This document shows, piece by piece, positions 46,896 to 58,361 of a DNA stretch of 64,000 nucleotides. Source of the stretch: Chlorokybus atmophyticus. Its lineage: Eukaryota > Plantae > Mesostigma and Chlorokybus algae. The stretch is taken from the NCBI GenBank assembly GCA_009103225.1, contig RHPI01003491.1:403292-467291 (forward strand). Direction: 5' to 3'. Position numbers and translations under genes: made by a program. Numbering within the stretch: the first letter of the stretch is position 1; each line of letters starts with the position of its first letter. The notes beneath the pieces were generated by a model that saw only the letters and a list, made by a program, of their open reading frames with translations, ran no database searches and was not told the origin of the DNA.

Positions 46896-47510
46896 CTGCT
46901 ATCGAGCGTAGCCTGCAGGCACTCATGCCCGACGTACCTGGGGACTTCAAGATTGCACGCTTGCGCAGCCTATATCCAACGGTGGCAGCAGCCTCTCGTG
47001 CGGATAGCACTCTGCGGGGCCACGAGCCCTACTGGTGTCACTTTGTCGAGTTCTGCACGCCTCGTGGTTGGACAACTCTCCCGGCAGACCCAGGCACGGT
47101 CGCCCTGTTCTTAACCAAGGTGTTGGTGGAGGCCACTACCCCGGCACCTGTGAGACATGCCTCAGCGGCAATACATGCCATGCATACCATGACGGGACAA
47201 ACCTCTCCCACTGCGCATGCACTTGTGGCAGTGGTGCGTGAGGCCGCAGCAAGGCTGCTCACCGCTGGCACTCGCAAAAAGGAACCCTTCACCCCGGCCC
47301 TGCTCGAGCGCATGATCTCGCACTTTGCCCGCAACGGGTGGGACTTGGTGGCGCGGCTGCAAACCGTGGCTGTGCTCTTGCTATATGCAGGGATGCTGCG
47401 GTACTCCGACCTTGCGGCTATCCTCTGGCAAAGCATTATCTTCCGTTCAGACCGCATGGACCTTGTGATCCCACGCAGCAAGACGGACCAGCATGGTGCG
47501 GGTGCAATCT
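46896..47510 (+). pseudogene. DIRS tyrosine recombinase, C-terminal half deleted
   Basis: YWCHFVEFC N-domain, GMLRYSDL (catalytic Arg), IPRSKTDQHG (Lys), then a direct jump to repeat B. The HxxR and Tyr motifs seen in copy 2 (~430 bp) are missing. Confidence 0.9.
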
Positions 47511-49214
47511 ATCGACCCTTGCGACCCCCCAGCATGAGCTGTGTGTGTCGCATATAACTCGTGTGTGAGTTAAGGTGAACAACATTGTTGTTGCAGAAGG
47601 CACATTGCGGGAGAGTATGCACTGCATCACAATGGAACTGCAGCATGCGTTGTCTGCGACAGTCACTGCATCGGCTATAGCTCATCTTTGGCATCGAAGA
47701 GTAGGACATCATGGGTGGGACAACCTGGCAAAACTAGTTGCTGAGGACATGGTGGGAGGGATTGACATTAAGGAGAAAGACATCAAGGCAGCAAAAGGTG
47801 ATCTGTGCGAGGTGTGAAGTTAGATGCCTAGGCAGCCTTTTCCTACTTATACCCGTATCACTTTAGCACCCTTGCAGCTTGTGCACATGGACATGTGCGG
47901 TCCCATGCCAGTCACATCTATTGCAGGAACTGGGTACATTGCCACTCATCTAGATGACTTCAACAAGTTGTCAGCAATTATTCCAGTTGCTGCCAAGTCG
48001 GATGTTGCTGCTGTTGCGAAGAAGACGCTCACCTTTTTTACAACACAATCAAAGACAAGGGGATTTGTGTTGAGGAGTGATAGGGGTTCCAAGTATCTTT
48101 ACAAAACCTTGGAGAGCTATTTGGAGGAGCACGGCATCAAGCATGAGACCACGGCACCTTACACACCTAAGCAAAATAGTATTGCCAAGCGCCTCAACAA
48201 CACACTTGTGGAGCGTGTGCGTGCCATGCTTACTCATGCAAAGCTTGAAAAAGCCTTATGGGCTGAGGCGTTTGAGACGACCAGTTACATTCGCAACAAG
48301 TCACCTACGAGCAACAAAGCTAAGACATCGTGGGAGTTGTTCTATGGGGAGAAGCCTAACATGACGCACATGCGTGTGTTTGGAGCCAAGGCGTATTCAC
48401 ACATCCCCAAGCACCTGAGGAGAAAGCTCGAGAACGTGAGGGCGACAGGTGTCTTCGTTGGGCACGAGCCCAACTATGAGGCATCTAGGATCTTGCTCGA
48501 GGGCGGCAAGATTGTGGTTGGAAGGGGTTATCTTCAACAAAAAGACAGTGACGATGTTAACAACATCTTCAACACCAATAGAGAATGACATCGCAGAACC
48601 TGAGGTTAGCATTGCATCTTTGAACATGGTTGTTCTCGAGGTGGTTATATATGAAGAGGTTTTCGGCATTGCACAACACCTTGAGGGGAAGAAAGCTACA
48701 CCTTCGGAACAGCCAAATAGGCGCTACCCTGTGAGACATAGGGTGCCACCACACTTCACGCAACGGTTTCTGTCTATGAGCGCTGCAAGTGAAGAGAAAG
48801 AGCCAAGCACCTACCATGAGGCGACTACAGCTCCTGACGCAGAGTTGTGGCGCAAGGCCATGGATGAAGAGATTGCTTCGCTACACGCCAACAAGACTTG
48901 GGTATTTGAGCAGATTCCACAAGGCGTCAAGCCTATACTTGTCAAGTGGGTGTACAAGACAAGTGTGATGGCAAGGGCATCATTGTGCGCTACAAGGCGC
49001 GACGAGCAAAAGGATTCCTTCAACATGAGGGTGTTAACTACAAGGAGGTATTCGCACTTGCTAGCAAGCACACAACCTTTGGGGCACTACTCGCCAAGGT
49101 TTCTGTGGAGGACTTGGAGCTGCACCACCTCAACGTGAAGACCGCCTTTGTCGGAGAGTTGGACGAGCAGATCTTCGTGCAGCAGCCTCGGGGGGTACGA
49201 GGAGGGAAATTGTA

Positions 49215-49658
49215 AATGAGTTTTATGCGTCATACAGCTTATGCTGTGGGTCGATAGCACGGTGGCTACGCCAGCATTCAAGTGCATTACATTACAAATG
49301 CAAGTTTATACATTTAGGCTGACCTATACACAACGTCTGCACTAGGGTGCAAGGCGACAACTACTGCTTCTTCACTCTAGGTGCGAAAGTCATGTGCTTC
49401 ATAGATCTTCGACTTGGCGATGGCGCTGTGGCTGCCGATGCATAGGGTGAAGCCTGAGAAGCCTATACACCTGCAAAGTAAACCACACTCGCCACCCACG
49501 CCAAGGGTGGCGCCGCCGTGCTAGAGTTTTACGCAACTAAATAAGGAGCTTTGACTTACAACTCACTCTATTGAATGCTTGTGCCCCCAAATGCCTAAGG
49601 CAATAGGGGCACAAGTGTCTCATAACTCATTAACGAGTTCTTGAGTTCATGGGCGCTT
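49215..49658 (-). mobile_element. Inverted, diverged solo A-U-B DIRS unit
   Basis: Reverse complement of 40139-40634 with both ends eroded. Confidence 0.85.
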
Positions 49659-49669
49659 GAACGGGGCGT

Positions 49670-50821
49670 GCCCAATAGTCGTATGTGGGCATTCCGGATT
49701 GATTTGCGTCACAGCCATTAAGTCATGCTGAGTGCAGCTGCTATTGACCGTAGCGTATGGTCCTTTATGCCCAACGTCCCCGGAGACCATAAGGTTGAGC
49801 ACCTGCGCACTTTATACCCGGCAGTGGCAGCGGCGTCACGTGCTATTAGCACCCTTTGGGGTCTTTGAGGGCTACCGTTGTAGCTTTATAGAGTTCTGCA
49901 TGCCTTGTGGTTTGGCTGCCTTGCCAGCAAACCCTGGCAAGTGGTCCTATTCCTGACTATTGTGTTGGAGGATTCCACCACCCCAGCACCCATGAAACAT
50001 GCCTCTTCGGTCACACATGTCGCGCGTACTGTGGCAGGCTAGGCCTCTCCCACTGCGCATGCACTCATTGGGGCGGTGCGTGAGGCCGCTGCCAGGTTGC
50101 TACCAATGAACACGCGATAGAAGGATGCCTACACGCCTGAGCTTTTGCAAGCCATGGTCTAGCAATTTACTCCCAATGAGTGGGACTTGGTGGCTAGACT
50201 GCAAGTGGTGGCTGTGCTGCTGCGGTTTGCAGGTATGATGCGATATTCCAACCTGACCAAAGTCAACGCACGGGACATTATCTTTTAACCAGAACGCATG
50301 GATCTCGTCATCCCGCGGAATAAAATCAATTAACATGGTGTGGGCGCGACAGTACACATAGCTGCTGCCGCGGGTAACTTGTGCCCTGTAATGCACACCG
50401 CAAAATTGTTGTGCAGTTTGGGCTGCAAGCAAGCAAAGCCCGGTAAGTTGCTGCGCTCCAGTAAGCGAGTAGGGGGAACGTGCATTATATGCGACACCGT
50501 TGTACCATTTCCCATTGAGAGAAGGCCGCCATCGAGGCGGCGGGGGAGGACCCTACACCTTTTTTGCACAATTCTGCCCATTTGGGCACTGCAACCCAGG
50601 CGGTGCAAGCTAGTGTACCCCAGCACGTGTGGCAAAAATTGCGCGTTGAAAGTTTTCCACTGCAGTTGAGGGCTATGTGCGTGCGGCGTTGCCTAAGTTG
50701 CACACACTTACATGAAGCCTCAGCTTAAGTGGTACGCGCGCATACTGCTTGTATACAGTCAATTGACCCATAGCGACCCCTCAATATGAGGTGTGTGTCG
50801 CATGTACCTCGTGTGTGAGTT
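49670..50821 (+). mobile_element. Third DIRS fragment: MT tail, degenerate YR and repeat B
   Basis: NSRMWAFRIDL, MPNVPGDHKVEHLRTLYP, GMMRYSNL, GEDPT; B-like end at 50760-50821 not followed by A. Confidence 0.85.
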
Positions 50822-51199
50822 GTCTCATCTTGTAGTGGTAGTTGCACACAACGTTGCCATAGTCTTCGGTGCCCTGCTTTGTACAATGCCACCACACCAA
50901 TGCCACAGCACTGGAGCATCAAGGGCAGCATAAGCTAAATATTTATTCTTGTCGCGTGCAACTAGCATCATATTTACGGTCTCGACGACGTGGCTTTACA
51001 CTTGCTTGCCATGCGCCTCGAGGCTCTTTAGTTGGTGTCCAACACTGCTCTTTATATAACGCGCTCTTGTGGATGGCTTGTCCAGTCTAAAAAGCTTCAT
51101 TGACGATACAGCATAGGGGCTGCTGAAGTTCAGCATTAAGCGTGTCAACTCCCCAAACGTGGAAGTTAAACTCGGCCATGGTGTGACGGTGCTTGTGCC

Positions 51200-52873
51200 A
51201 TGTTACATATGAGTTGGTCCAAGCAACAACCCTCTCACCAAAACACGGTACTCACACCGGAACCTTGCCCACTCTGCTAAGTACACTAGTGCACTCAGCC
51301 ACTCGCGTACGCACGCGTATGCGCTGAAGCTATACAGGGTCTTATGTAGTGCCTTGAATCGTCACACAAGCAAGCACACACCAGTGGACACACGCTAGCA
51401 ACTCCAGCTATCTACCACCAGGCTTGCGCACCAAAAACTAAAGAGCTAAAGGTTGTTTTGCACATTATGCTACCACCATGCTACCATGCTACCACCATGC
51501 TACACAAAAGCAGATGCTAAGGTGTTATGCAGAACCTTGTAGTATACTTGACCTTTTTTACGCACTAAAGAGCTCCTGATTAGAATCTATATGGTTAAGT
51601 TATACTACTTGGCGCCAGGCCCTTTCAAAAATCTGGTCGAGCCCTTCTCGATTGGCCCTCTCTTTTTTGGCACCTTCCTGAGGCCCCGGGTAATATCCGC
51701 GGCAAACTCATAACTCGCCAATATTCGCCACAAGTCATGAAAACGTGGTGCTCGACAAAAGGGCCCAAAAAGGTCCTGAAATCATGAAACTTAGCCTCGT
51801 CTGTTACACACCTCCCCCCCTTAAGTGAGCTTCGTCCTCGAAGCTCTCGAGGATTCTTCGATTGTCGTTGCAAATACTGTTGCATGATATGTTGCGCATC
51901 TGCCAAGTGCTCCTCCGGTTCCCAAGTGGCTTCATGCATTGGATAGCCTTTCCACTTCACCAAGTATTTGCGCACGTCGTGCGCCATCTTCTCACCCAAT
52001 ATGTCCTCCACTTTGTATTCCACATAACCTTCCGTAGCCAACTCAGGCCGACGCAATGGTGGGTCTCCTCAATATGCTTGCAGCCGGGATATGTGAAAGA
52101 CAGGGTGGATGTGCATAGAATCGGGCAGTTGCAACTTGTACGCCACGTCCGAAACCACTTTAATGACTTGAAATGGCCCAAGCCAGCGCTTAGTTAACTT
52201 ACTAACTCCAGCACGCATCTATAAATTCTTCGAAGGAAGCAACACCATGTCGCCTTCGCAGAGTGTGACATGTCGGCAATGCGCATTTGCATACTGTTTT
52301 TGCGTATTTTGTGCCTTGAATATTGCCTCTCTCGCTGCCTTGGTGATGTCCGCACACGTTGTAAAACATCGCTTACTGCTTTTACAGCAATGTCACTTCA
52401 TTGCGGGGTCCAATCCGTCAGCAGTGTCAGTGGGTGTTGGTTGTAGTGCATGAAAAAGGGGTGACACCCGTGCTTGCATTTGTGTGGTTGTTGATGGCAA
52501 ATTTCACCACTTCCAGCAACTTCACCCAGTTGTTCTACCGTGCATTCACGAAGCAGTGCAACATATATGCGATCACAAGGTTGGCTCGCTCCGTTTGGCC
52601 ATCAGTTTGCGAGTGGAAAGCCGTGCTAAACTTTGGTAGTACCCAATGCACCATGCAGCGCCTCCCAATATTTACTTGTGAAGCGAGAATCACAATTGCT
52701 CACAATGGTAGTGCGTGGGGACTAATGACATGCTTCATAAACAAGCTTGCTCCCTCCGATGCCGTGCAAGACTCACAATACGGTGCCAAATGTACCATTT
52801 TGCTGGTTTTATCTACGAATACGAGTATTCCGTTGTACGCTTCTGTTGTCTTCAGCGGCCTCCTAATTGAGTC
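51200..52873 (-). mobile_element. Chromodomain-bearing gypsy (chromovirus) relic: integrase, chromodomain, PPT and 3' LTR; its 5' part continues at 58427-59560
   Basis: ILVFVDKTSKMVHLAP; EYKVEDILGEK...KYLVKWKGYPMHEATWEPEEHL; GGGGGGGAGG PPT then TGTAACAG at ~51808. RT (GFHLIKIREQAEHKTAF) and gag knuckle relics at 58.4-59.6 kb. Left LTR boundary uncertain. Confidence 0.82.
51468..51502. repeat. Short tandem repeat (TGCTACCA[CCA])n inside the putative LTR
   Basis: tgctaccaccatgctaccatgctaccaccatgcta. Confidence 0.8.
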
Positions 52874-55800
52874 ATATGAGTTTATGAAGCGCATGAAATG
52901 CGCGCCCATGAACTCAAGAACTCGTTAATGAGTTATGAGACTCTTGTGCCCCTAGTGCCTTGAGCACTTGGGGGCACAAGCACTCACCAGATGTGAGTTG
53001 TGAGTCACAAGCTCCTTATCTAGTCGCTTGAAACCCTAGCGCGGCGGCGCCATCCTTGGCGAGGGTGGCGAGTGTGGTTTGGAGGAAGGATAGGCGGTCG
53101 ACCTTCATGACCACCACACGGTCAAAAAGTGCCCGTGGTGATGGAGAGGACGTGGAAGCCACGGCCAAGGCGGCTAAGCTTGCCGCCAATAGGTTGGCGC
53201 GGGCTACAAGTCCGCGTCGCCACACCTTAATTGAGGAGGAGGAGAGAAGAGCGGCGAGTGAGGAGAGAAGGGTGCGCCCCCCGGTGGAGGTGGGAGAAGA
53301 GGAGGTGAACAAGGAGGGTGATGGTGACAATGACAAGGACGAGGATGATGAGGACCCGCCCGTCGTCACTAACAAGCGTGAAGGGAGGCCAGCCCGCTCT
53401 CCGACGCTTCCACCCCGTCCATGACACCCACGGAGGCCATGGCGAGGAGTTGGAGGCGAAAAACATGCGCCTTAAGCGTGGGAAGGCGCCCGCCATCCCT
53501 CATGATGAGCCCGTTGACGAGCCCAACCACCCGCCACTCATGAGCATCTTTCGCCGCGACACAGGTGACTCCACTACACCCAATGCTCGTGCGGAGGCAT
53601 TGGCCATTCCCTTTAGCGATCCCGCGGTCCCTTGGAAGAAGAACATGATAAAGCGAGCTCGGCAACACATCGATGTGGCGGCTTACATTGCCTCGGCGGC
53701 GGCCTCCTTCGATCGGGTGCCCTCTCACCTCGCCGAGGATCCCCACTTCGGCAAAGGCCGCAAAGAAAACATGAAAGGTGGGCTCATTTTTGGTTGAGCA
53801 TGGCCATTTGCCTGAGCACACATGTAGGACGCGCATGAGGGTGCGGACTTTACTCAAGCAAACATGCACATGCGTGCATCATCGGCCTTATGAAGGTGCG
53901 GGCTTGTTATCTACGTAGAGGCATCTACATGAATACATTGTTCCGCATCCCTCCTCCCCCCATGTTCAGTAAGGGGGGGAGGGCCCGCACCTAACACCCT
54001 TGCATGTCCACCTCTGTATTCACATTATGACTATTCATAGCAAGGTAAAAGGCACAACAGGTTTGCAATTACACTTGCATGTGGGAGATGGTGATGTCAA
54101 TGCGGGTGCGCCTGGCGTTAAACCCAATGGCTCTAAGCCTATGCACGAATGCCCGCAACCAGTGTTGCTCACATGTGCTCTGTGCACCAGCATTGGACGA
54201 GGTGTGCACGCAGTTCCACCATATGGAAGTGGCCAACAAGCAGTAGTTGGAAAATGGTGGAGGAGCTTATGAGAGACCCTCTAGCTACGGACGATGCAGA
54301 GGCAAAGCGCCTTAAGAAGGCAATTAAGGAGGCGGCTGCGGCGCAGCCCAAGCCCAAGGCAAAGGCGGCCTACACTCCCAACAAGGGGCGGGGTCAGTAC
54401 CCCCCCACCCGCTACTCTAGATTTTATGCATCTGGCGCGGGGCATACTAGTTACAAGACCGCTCCTGTGCAGTCTTAGGCCGCATCTATGGGGGGCCAGC
54501 GTGATGCCCGCACCTGTGACAACTATGGGGAGACGGGGCACTTGCGTGCCTATTGCCATAAGCCCTCAGCAGGCCGTGGCGGCCACTAGTTTGGTAGCGC
54601 AGCTCTATAGCTGTTGTGACAGCATAATAGCTGTACACTTGCACTGTTGATGCTATAGCCCGGTGGGGCACTGTTTTGTGTTCGCAACCGCTGTTTTAGT
54701 AGATTGAATTGCGAGCTGAGTGAATGAAAGTGTCGGAATTGTGATCCACTACTGCAAAAATTGCTATCTTGCTTGTAACTTTTGCTGGGGGTCTCTGAAC
54801 ACCCCCGAATGGACCGACATGTTATGACTATTACAATGAGGCGGATAACGTTGTGCCGAGCAAAACAAGACCCAATGCGGACACTGTTTGCACAAATGGT
54901 GGCCATTTTACGCTTATCATGCCATTAAGGCTCTGGCTAAACTCCGTTGTTGAGATCACTTCGTAGTCGTGTGCAGTATTCTACACTAGCACAGAGGAGG
55001 ACCTTGTTCACGACTGGATCAAGCACCATGAGTTTGCTCGCGTCCCTGCCAACCGCACCGTTGAAGGGCCTTACATGCGTCATCGACTGCATGATGCCCT
55101 GCCAGCATGGCGTGAATTTTGTGAATCTACTATGGTGCTCTCATGGGTGGAGTACGGGTACAAGCTACCATGGGCGGCTGACCCACCCCCCGAATGGGCA
55201 TTCACTAAGCATAAGGGTGTGCATGAGTTTGCGGACTTCACTGTAGCTGCCATTGCCAACCTAGTGCATAGTGGGGCCGCACAAGAGTGTGTGACACCCC
55301 CCGGCGTGGTGAGCCCACTCAATGTGGTCGATGGTGGTCGCAAGTTGCGCCTCATCATGGACTTGCGCTATGTCAACTCCTATATGGTGAACACGCCGTT
55401 TAAGTATGAGGATGTACGCAGGATCCCGGACTTGCTGCAACCTGAGGACTGGTTGTTCTCTACGGACTTGAAGTCCGGCTATCATCATGTGGACATCCAC
55501 CCCGCCTTTTGGGGCTACTTGGGGTTCTCAATTGCGAGCAAAGTATTTAACTTTTGCTCATTGCCATTTGGGTTGGGCACGGCTTGCTTCGTGTTCACAA
55601 AGATTATGAAGCAATTGGTGCGCCGTTGGCGTGGTCAGGTCAACATACCGCATCATACCCGCAAGTCTCAGCAGCACCGTCACCGTTTGCAACCTGACCA
55701 CCAAGTCCCACCCGTCGCGAGCAAAGTGCGAGACCATGGCTCGCAAGAGCTCGGGTGTGTAGGCGCCCTTCTTCTGTGTGTTGCAAGGGCAGCAGCCAAG

Positions 55801-58361
55801 CAGCGGCCTCACGAACCACCGCAACGAGTGCATGCGCAGTGGGAGAGGTCTGGGCTGCATGGCATGCGCAGCATGTATGGCCAAAGAGGCATGTTTCACA
55901 GGTGCCGGGGTGGTTAAATCCACCATCATCTTGGTCAAGAACAGGGCCACTATGCCAGGGTCTGCTGCCAGGGCAGCCCAACCACGAGGCGTGCAGAACT
56001 CCACAAAGCGACGCCAGTAGCCCTCATGGCCCCGCAGGGTGCTAGTAGCACGTGACGCTGCTGCCACTTCTGGGTATAAGGTGTGCATGCGCTAAATCTC
56101 GTAGTCTCCGGGGACGTTGGGCATGAGCGACTGTAAGCTTCGCTTAATAGCAGCTGCACACATCACGTGTCAATGGCCAGGATGCAAGTCAACCCGCAAT
56201 GCCCACATATGACTGTTGGGCAAGCCCCCGTGAAGTTCTGTGACTTGCGGGCTAGGCGACAAGCAGGCTGGGCCTCCGGGCAGGCTCACAACGTCTGTGA
56301 CAAATGGTGCCCACACGCCACCCGGGCGGTGCATGGGCCTTTAAATTTGGGTTGTCCATTCAGGTACAATAAGGCACATGCGAGCCTTGCATTCGCGGGC
56401 ATGACGCAGAACAGTGCCAACCTGGTGTGAGGGATGGCACCAGTAGTTGCAACCACTCCAGTCACGGTGAAAGACATCGCCGGATGAGCCCGAACATGGC
56501 AACACCGAGTTGAAGGCCACACACACGGTATTGGCATCCGTGGCGAAGCGGTTTGCATCAAAGGGGCCTCACTTGCGAGCGAGCAAGCGAACCCATGGGG
56601 TTTGCAAGGTCCAAGCGTTCTAATTCGGTGCTTTTGGAGAGCGCGTCCGCCTCCTCATCGAGTTCACGTGGTAACCACTCCACATGCAAGCAGATGCAAT
56701 GCCGGTGGCAATGTAAGAAAATACGGCATGCCACTTGCTGCAAGTGTCCGGCCTCACTGCCCCCTTTGCGCATAGTGCAGTACACATTGCGGGCATCGCC
56801 ATAGCACAGCACCGTGCGTCCATGTAGCTCCTCCTCGTCAGTGAGCAGGGCACGCTCAAGTCCCGATAACTCGCGATGTGTTGATGAAGTCAAGCACTCA
56901 TCAGGTGCGAATGTGCCCTTCGCCACGGAGGTAGCTGTGCCATGGCGCACTAGTCCCCAACCAGTGCCGCTAGCATCCACAAATTGCACTATGTCCGGCT
57001 GCATGGTAGGCCAAATGGGTGCCATGTTAAGCTCCTCAAAGTGGTCTCTTAGCCACGATAACTCCGTGATCTCAGGTTGACGTAGCACCATGTGAGAGCT
57101 CCATGAGCGGCGGGTCTCAATTAAGCGGCGTGTATGCCAAGTCATGAGTTTGACGGCAGGGCTCTACACCATGAACATGGATTGCAATTTGCCACAGATG
57201 CGGGCCAGCAACTTCACTGGCACATGGCGCCTATCACCAAATGCACGTTGCAAGTCTCAAAGCAAACCATCGAGTTTCTCGACGGGGACACAAACAGTGC
57301 CAGCATGTGTATCCCACATAAAGCCGAGGAAGATGATGACTCTGCTCAGCACAATCACCGCGCAGGACGTTTTTCGCCCAGGCCGTATGGATCTCGTCAT
57401 CCCGCGCAGCAAAACCGGTCAACACGGTGTGGGCGCCACAGTGCACATAGCTGCTGTGGGCGGTGACTTATGCCCGGTAATGCACACCGAGAAATTGTTA
57501 TTTGCCTCGGGATATTGGCACTCGGCAAGTTGCTGCGCTCCATCATCCGAGCGGGGGGAACGTGCGTCATACGCAACACTGTGGTGCCATACGGCACTAT
57601 CCTTGGTTGGGAGAAGGTAGCCATTAAGGCGGCAGGGGAGGACCCCACGCGTTTTGGCACACACTCTGCTCGTTCAGGAGCTGCGACCCAAACCGTGAAG
57701 GCTAGTGTGCCCCAACACCTGTGGTAGCAGTTTGGGCATTGAAAGTCTGCCACTGCAGCTGAGGGCTATGTGCGCGCAGCGTTGCCTGAGTTGCACACAC
57801 TGACGAGGAGCCTCATCTTGGGTGGTACGTGCTCTCACTTTTTGTATCCATCTATCGACCCATAGCGACCCCCCAGCATGAGCTGTGTGTCGCATATAAC
57901 TCGTGTGTGAGTTATATGAGTTCATGACACTCTTGTGCCCCTAGTGCCTTGGGCACTTGGGGGCACAAGCACTCGCCAGATGTGAGTTGTGCGTCACAAG
58001 CTCCTGATCTAGTCGCTTAAGATACTAGCGCGGCGGCGCCATCCTTGGCAAGGGTGGCGAGTGTGGTATATTTTTCAGGTGTACAGGCTTCTCAAGCTTC
58101 AACCTCGGCGTCGGCAGCAGTGGCGCCATCAGCGAGTCGAAGACCGAAGAAGCGCGTGACTTTCGCACCTGGCGTGAAGAAGTAGTTCCCGTAGTTGTAG
58201 CCTAGCGCCCTAGTGCAGACTTGTGTATAGATCAGCCTATATCTGTACACTTGTACATTTGTATTGTAATGCACTTGGGTGCTGGGCATAGCCACCGTGC
58301 TATCGACCCATAGCGACCCCTCAGCATGAACTATGTGTCGCATATAACTCGTGTGTGAGTT
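52874..58361 (+). mobile_element. DIRS/PAT-like element copy 2 with complete split direct repeats and an internal inversion
   Basis: A1 52874-53078; B1 57852-57913 abutting A2 57914-58067 (~50-bp deletion); U 58068-58299; B2 58300-58361; extra partial B 58366-58426. Gag, RT and YR are decayed; ~55637-57352 is inverted; YR C-terminus reads THSARSG...GH...EGYV. Confidence 0.92.

Larger units (their letters stand above)
42643..47569 (+). mobile_element. DIRS/PAT-like tyrosine-recombinase retrotransposon, copy 1 (A1-ORFs-B; lacks A2-U-B2; YR truncated)
   Basis: Starts ATATGAGTTCATG (A) and ends ATAACTCGTGTGTGAGTT (B); gag, RT-RH-MT and YR ORFs; no TSD. Confidence 0.93.
41300..49214 (+). mobile_element. 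Older, decayed copia related to the young family; split by DIRS copy 1
   Basis: LTR end TCTCAACA then PBS GGTTATGGGTCA (41466); gag relic 41.6-42.2 kb; reading AKGGRV|KVNNIVV rejoins across 42643-47569; LWHRRVGH, HMDMCGP, RSDRGSKY, and RT fragments to 49214. Confidence 0.88.
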
